Assembly: GCA_038496445.1 (NCBI GenBank)
Contig: JALMLS010000251.1
Coordinates: 1-38,707 of the forward strand
Reading direction: 5' to 3'
DNA from: Trichosphaerium sp. ATCC 40318
Taxonomy: Eukaryota; Protista; Tubulinea
Length of the DNA stretch: 38,707 bases
Each line of letters begins with the position of its first letter. The stretch's first letter is position 1. Under the pieces are notes generated by a model. The model was not told the origin of the DNA. It saw only the letters and a program-made list of their open reading frames with translations, and made no database searches. A program made the position numbers and the translations under genes. This document shows, piece by piece, positions 35,479 to 38,707 of the stretch.

Positions 35479-35679
35479 TCCTATGACAAAACGGGATTAG
35501 CAAAGAAGGCACCGCTATAGTGCCAAAGGCTTCTCTGATTTTTGCTTGTAGGACGAGACAGGAACCTAAATAAAAAAAGAGTTATCGAAAAACTAGCAAG
35601 CCTCCAAAGCCATTTCCCACGTCATCTGTGTTGTCAAAAAATCTGAAACAATTATAACGTACAAGCCAAAGCGCGATTA

Positions 35680-35915
35680 TTTTTGTCAATGTACGCCTCG
35701 AGGTTGCGCTCAAGGGTTGCGCAAGCTCTTAAAGCTGCCTCTTCCTCTTGAAACGAAGCGTCAAAAATAAATACAACTATTATTGTAATTGCCCTCTGTG
35801 AGAGCTGGCTCCGAAAAGTGGCGACCCAGTGTGAGGTCTAGTGTCGCTAGCATATACTTTGCTAGGTGACCATAGCGCTGCTGGATCCGTCTAAGCTAAA
35901 CGGTTAACAAGTTTA
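35680..35915 (-). pseudogene. F2 relic (internally deleted)
   Basis: YMLATLDLTLGRHFS/PAL...FIFDASFQEEEAALRACATLE matches copy B (FEDTFREEEAALRACATLE). It shares the intron end AACCGTTTAGCTTAG, and the segment between RHF and PAL is deleted. Confidence 0.85.
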
Positions 35916-36059
35916 ACTTTCGGCCTTACTGTACTATCCTATCTTGCTGCTCTTACCTGTTCTGACTCGCAAACTTGCATGCTGTACAAAACTAAAACAG
36001 TTAGAACAAATTAGACACGTACATTTCAAGTCCCAAAAGTTGCTTCTGATAGATAGCAA

Positions 36060-36640
36060 TTTATCTGCACTCCCGTATAACATCCAAATTAAATCTGGAG
36101 TCACAATGCTGTAGGTAATTGCGTTGTACAGCAAGTTCGTTGATTACATTCTTCGTTACTGATACACTACACACAAGGCATTAGGATCAGTTGTAGGAAC
36201 ACTAGCCACTTGTCTAGGCTCTTGGAGCTGGTGTTACTGGAAGGTGCTCTTGGCTGGTAAGAAGCTGGACGAGATTGCTGTCTACGAGCTTAACCAAAAG
36301 TCGGCGAGAGTGCTACAAACGCGTAGCAACATCACGTTTACAAACCTATCGGATGGTTGTCTAAAGCTTTTTGTTTAGCTCAGCTAGAGCGCCACAAACT
36401 AGCCCCTCACCAGTCACAAGATCTTGAATTGGTGGACTCTACAAAAATAAAGACTAAGAAAACCAATAGTAAACTTGTTCTTCGTACCAAAACTTTGCAC
36501 TCAGGTGTTGGTCTTAGCCCTTGTATCATCCTACGATGGGCCAGGTTAATATCAAAAGAGGATGAAAAGAAACTAGAATTCGTCCAACACGTACTCAAGC
36601 TCTTCTTTGGTGAGTTCAATGCCGTTGATAACCTCATACA
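36060..36640 (-). pseudogene. Chimeric F1 pseudogene
   Basis: 36367-36640 is a near-identical copy of F1-C exons 2-4 (start). 36060-36330 is an older frameshifted F1 3' exon (SKSLDKWLVFLQ/DPNA...VTKNVINELAVQRNYLQHCDSRFNLDVIREC). Confidence 0.8.
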
Positions 36641-37317
36641 GGTTATCAGTAACTTAGTTTGATAATTTGTGTAACGTACGTGGCAAAGGTCATAGCACAT
36701 GTTCAGTATCATGGTAAGCTGTTTGTACCAAAACATCTGAAAAAAAGTGAGTTATGCGAAATTTAAGCGAACTACTCTAAAAATTGCACTTGCAGTCTGA
36801 ACATTGATTTGTAACTTGTGAAGTCTATGTGGATACCTCAAACCTAGAAGGCAGATCTGAGAAAAAAAAAGTAGAATTCCAAAACTTGAGCCTAATGAAC
36901 AAATGCAATATTGACGTGTCCTTGTTAACTAAGAATAAACCTTATTTTACGTACCTATCGATTGTACCTTATTATATACTAATACGAACAGTTTAGTTAA
37001 ATATACTATAAACGAGCCTTGGTGAGGAGTTGCTAGCTGTTGTTTAGAAGTGTGTAAAGTTTGAATCTTGCTTCACGTGGTATTTGAGCACTAAATAGCA
37101 CGTGAAGCATGTTGCTGTGTCTTGTTAAACCCGTATGCAAGAAAGGGTGGTTGGCGGTTTAGCGTTCAACGCAGGGTTTTCACGTGAGTTTTGTGATTAA
37201 AATGGCTACAAGTGCACGTATTTACAGAATGGCACAGCGTGTACATGAGACCATAAGCACAGCATAGAAAACAGCTGTGGGTTGGAATAATTGTTTTAGA
37301 GTGACGATTTTCATGAG

Positions 37318-37632
37318 AACGTTTCCGCTTTTCGGTGTGAACGAAAATTTCTGCTTAATCTTTACTAGCCACCAAGTGCTTTTTTCCTATTTTAAATACT
37401 TCCAACCTGTTTAAAATACAATTTTGTATCGATTTATAGCCCAAAGCGTGCCTTTGAGGGCTTTTAAGCGATATAATTGTTGCAAAAAAAGGTTGTACAA
37501 CCACGCAAAGTGAGGTTCGCCAAAAACTCATACTTTTTCGTAACCCCGTCTCGCCCTAAACAATCACGCAAACGCCTTTGAATGTCTAAACAGCTATACT
37601 ACGTAAAAAACATATACAGAGGCGGAAAGGTT
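37318..37632. mobile_element. MITE candidate
   Basis: Present in only one arm of the inverted duplication. Terminal inverted repeats AACGTTTCCGC / GCGGAAAGGTT match 10 of 11, and TTAA overlaps the right end. Confidence 0.5.
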
Positions 37633-37786
37633 TAACTTAAAAATGTCAAATTGCTTGTAAAAATAGTAACAATACAACGTGTCATCGAATAGTCAGGTCA
37701 ATTGAAAAGCAAGTAAACACTCAAAGTAGTAAATATGTAAGAAATAGTAAAATAAAACCGAGAAAATAATACGTTTATTTCAGAAC

Positions 37787-38370
37787 TCATTGTTGATTAA
37801 GGACACGAACAAGTTTACCAATACATTCTGCCAAAGCGTTCAGATTAAATTTAAAATTACTGCGAGTCAAGAGATCCCATTGGACTGCCAGCTCATCGAC
37901 AACCTCCCTAGTAACTGCTTTTGTAAGTTGCGCAGCACTAGAGTCGGTTTGCATAAACAACAACCATTCTTGTAGGCACGCAAAGCTGATGTTGCTTTGG
38001 TTTTTTAGGAACTTTCCTGCCTTTTTGTTTAGCTCAGCTAGAGCGCCACAAACTAGCCCCTCACCAGTCACAAGATCTTGAATTGGTGGACTCTACAAAA
38101 ATAAAGACTAAGAAAAACAATAGTAAACTTGTTCTTCGTACCAAAACTTTGCACTCAGGTGTTGGTCTTAGCCCTTGTATCCTACGATGGGCCAGGTTAA
38201 TATCACAAGAGAATGAAAAGAAACTAGAATTCGTCCAACACGTACTCCAGCTCTTCTTTGGTGAGTTCAATGCCGTTGATAACCTTGTACACTTTATTGC
38301 TCCTACACAACATCTTACAAATGCAATAAAATGACACAATGAAGCCGCACTTGTTCTCGTTTGTACTCAT
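37787..38370 (-). CDS. Orphan family F1, copy D (near-identical to copy C)
   Basis: Same exon structure as copy C. It differs by a 3-nt in-frame deletion (Met at the start of exon 3) and T>K in KFL(T/K)NQ. Confidence 0.85.
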
Positions 38371-38707
38371 GGTCGTATTGTAGAGTGATAGTAAAGTAAA
38401 GTCTTGACAAGTTGCTTTCTGTTAGACAAGATCCGATGTTTAAGTTGTCTGTTAAGGCAGCTTTCTAAGTCTGCTTGTCCATTTTACATTCCTCACACTG
38501 ACATTGTTTGGCTTCTAGCTTGTTAGTACATTCATAAAAAGCAGCTGTTTTTCTGTTTAAACTGATTTACAACAGTACATCCTGCCTATGTACCGCGCAT
38601 GGTGCACACGTTTGCTAATTGTTACGCAGCTTCAGTTTTAACGCTCATGTTAACCTACTAGACACAGCATGAGCAGGAGAAAATACAGGGTACATTTTGT
38701 TAACAAC

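Larger units (their letters stand above)
37223..38457 (-). repeat. Right arm of recent inverted duplication
   Basis: Reverse complement of 32110-33004, with an extra ~345-bp segment (37298-37642). Confidence 0.95.

Noticed and set aside
35015-35480. CRISPR-like array
   Set aside because: Only two identical palindromes 169 bp apart, homologous rather than unique spacers, eukaryotic context and no cas genes.

Overview
AT-rich, intron-dense eukaryotic genomic DNA. Most introns are 40-100 nt, with donors GTACGT/GTATGT/GTAAGT. The source is most likely a protist, and probably an amoebozoan (inferred from the Dictyostelium-type STAT linker+SH2 protein and the LxDWY-repeat protein). The ORF track is fragmented by introns, so I assembled genes by hand. 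Recognisable genes: a PX-BAR sorting nexin, an SCFD2-like Sec1/Munc18 protein, a C2/coiled-coil/TM protein, a WW-less Pin1 parvulin, a 7x LxDWY-repeat protein, a STAT-like SH2 protein and Rab2. Between them are accessory patches (about 6.2-13.4 kb and 28.2-38.7 kb). These hold two co-occurring orphan gene families (F1, about 140-160 aa, 4 intact copies plus relics; F2, about 330 aa, 2 intact copies plus a relic), intron-retaining copies of neighbouring genes, a recent ~0.9-1.2 kb inverted duplication, MITE-like relics and a LINE RT relic. Main observations: (1) F1 paralogues are only ~39% identical in protein while their introns and 3' UTRs still align easily, which suggests positive selection, and F1 keeps occurring next to F2; (2) two textbook U12 minor introns and several GC-AG introns; (3) an unusual STAT-like architecture; (4) three unassigned structured RNA candidates. 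All exon structures and family calls come from manual reading, not database searches.
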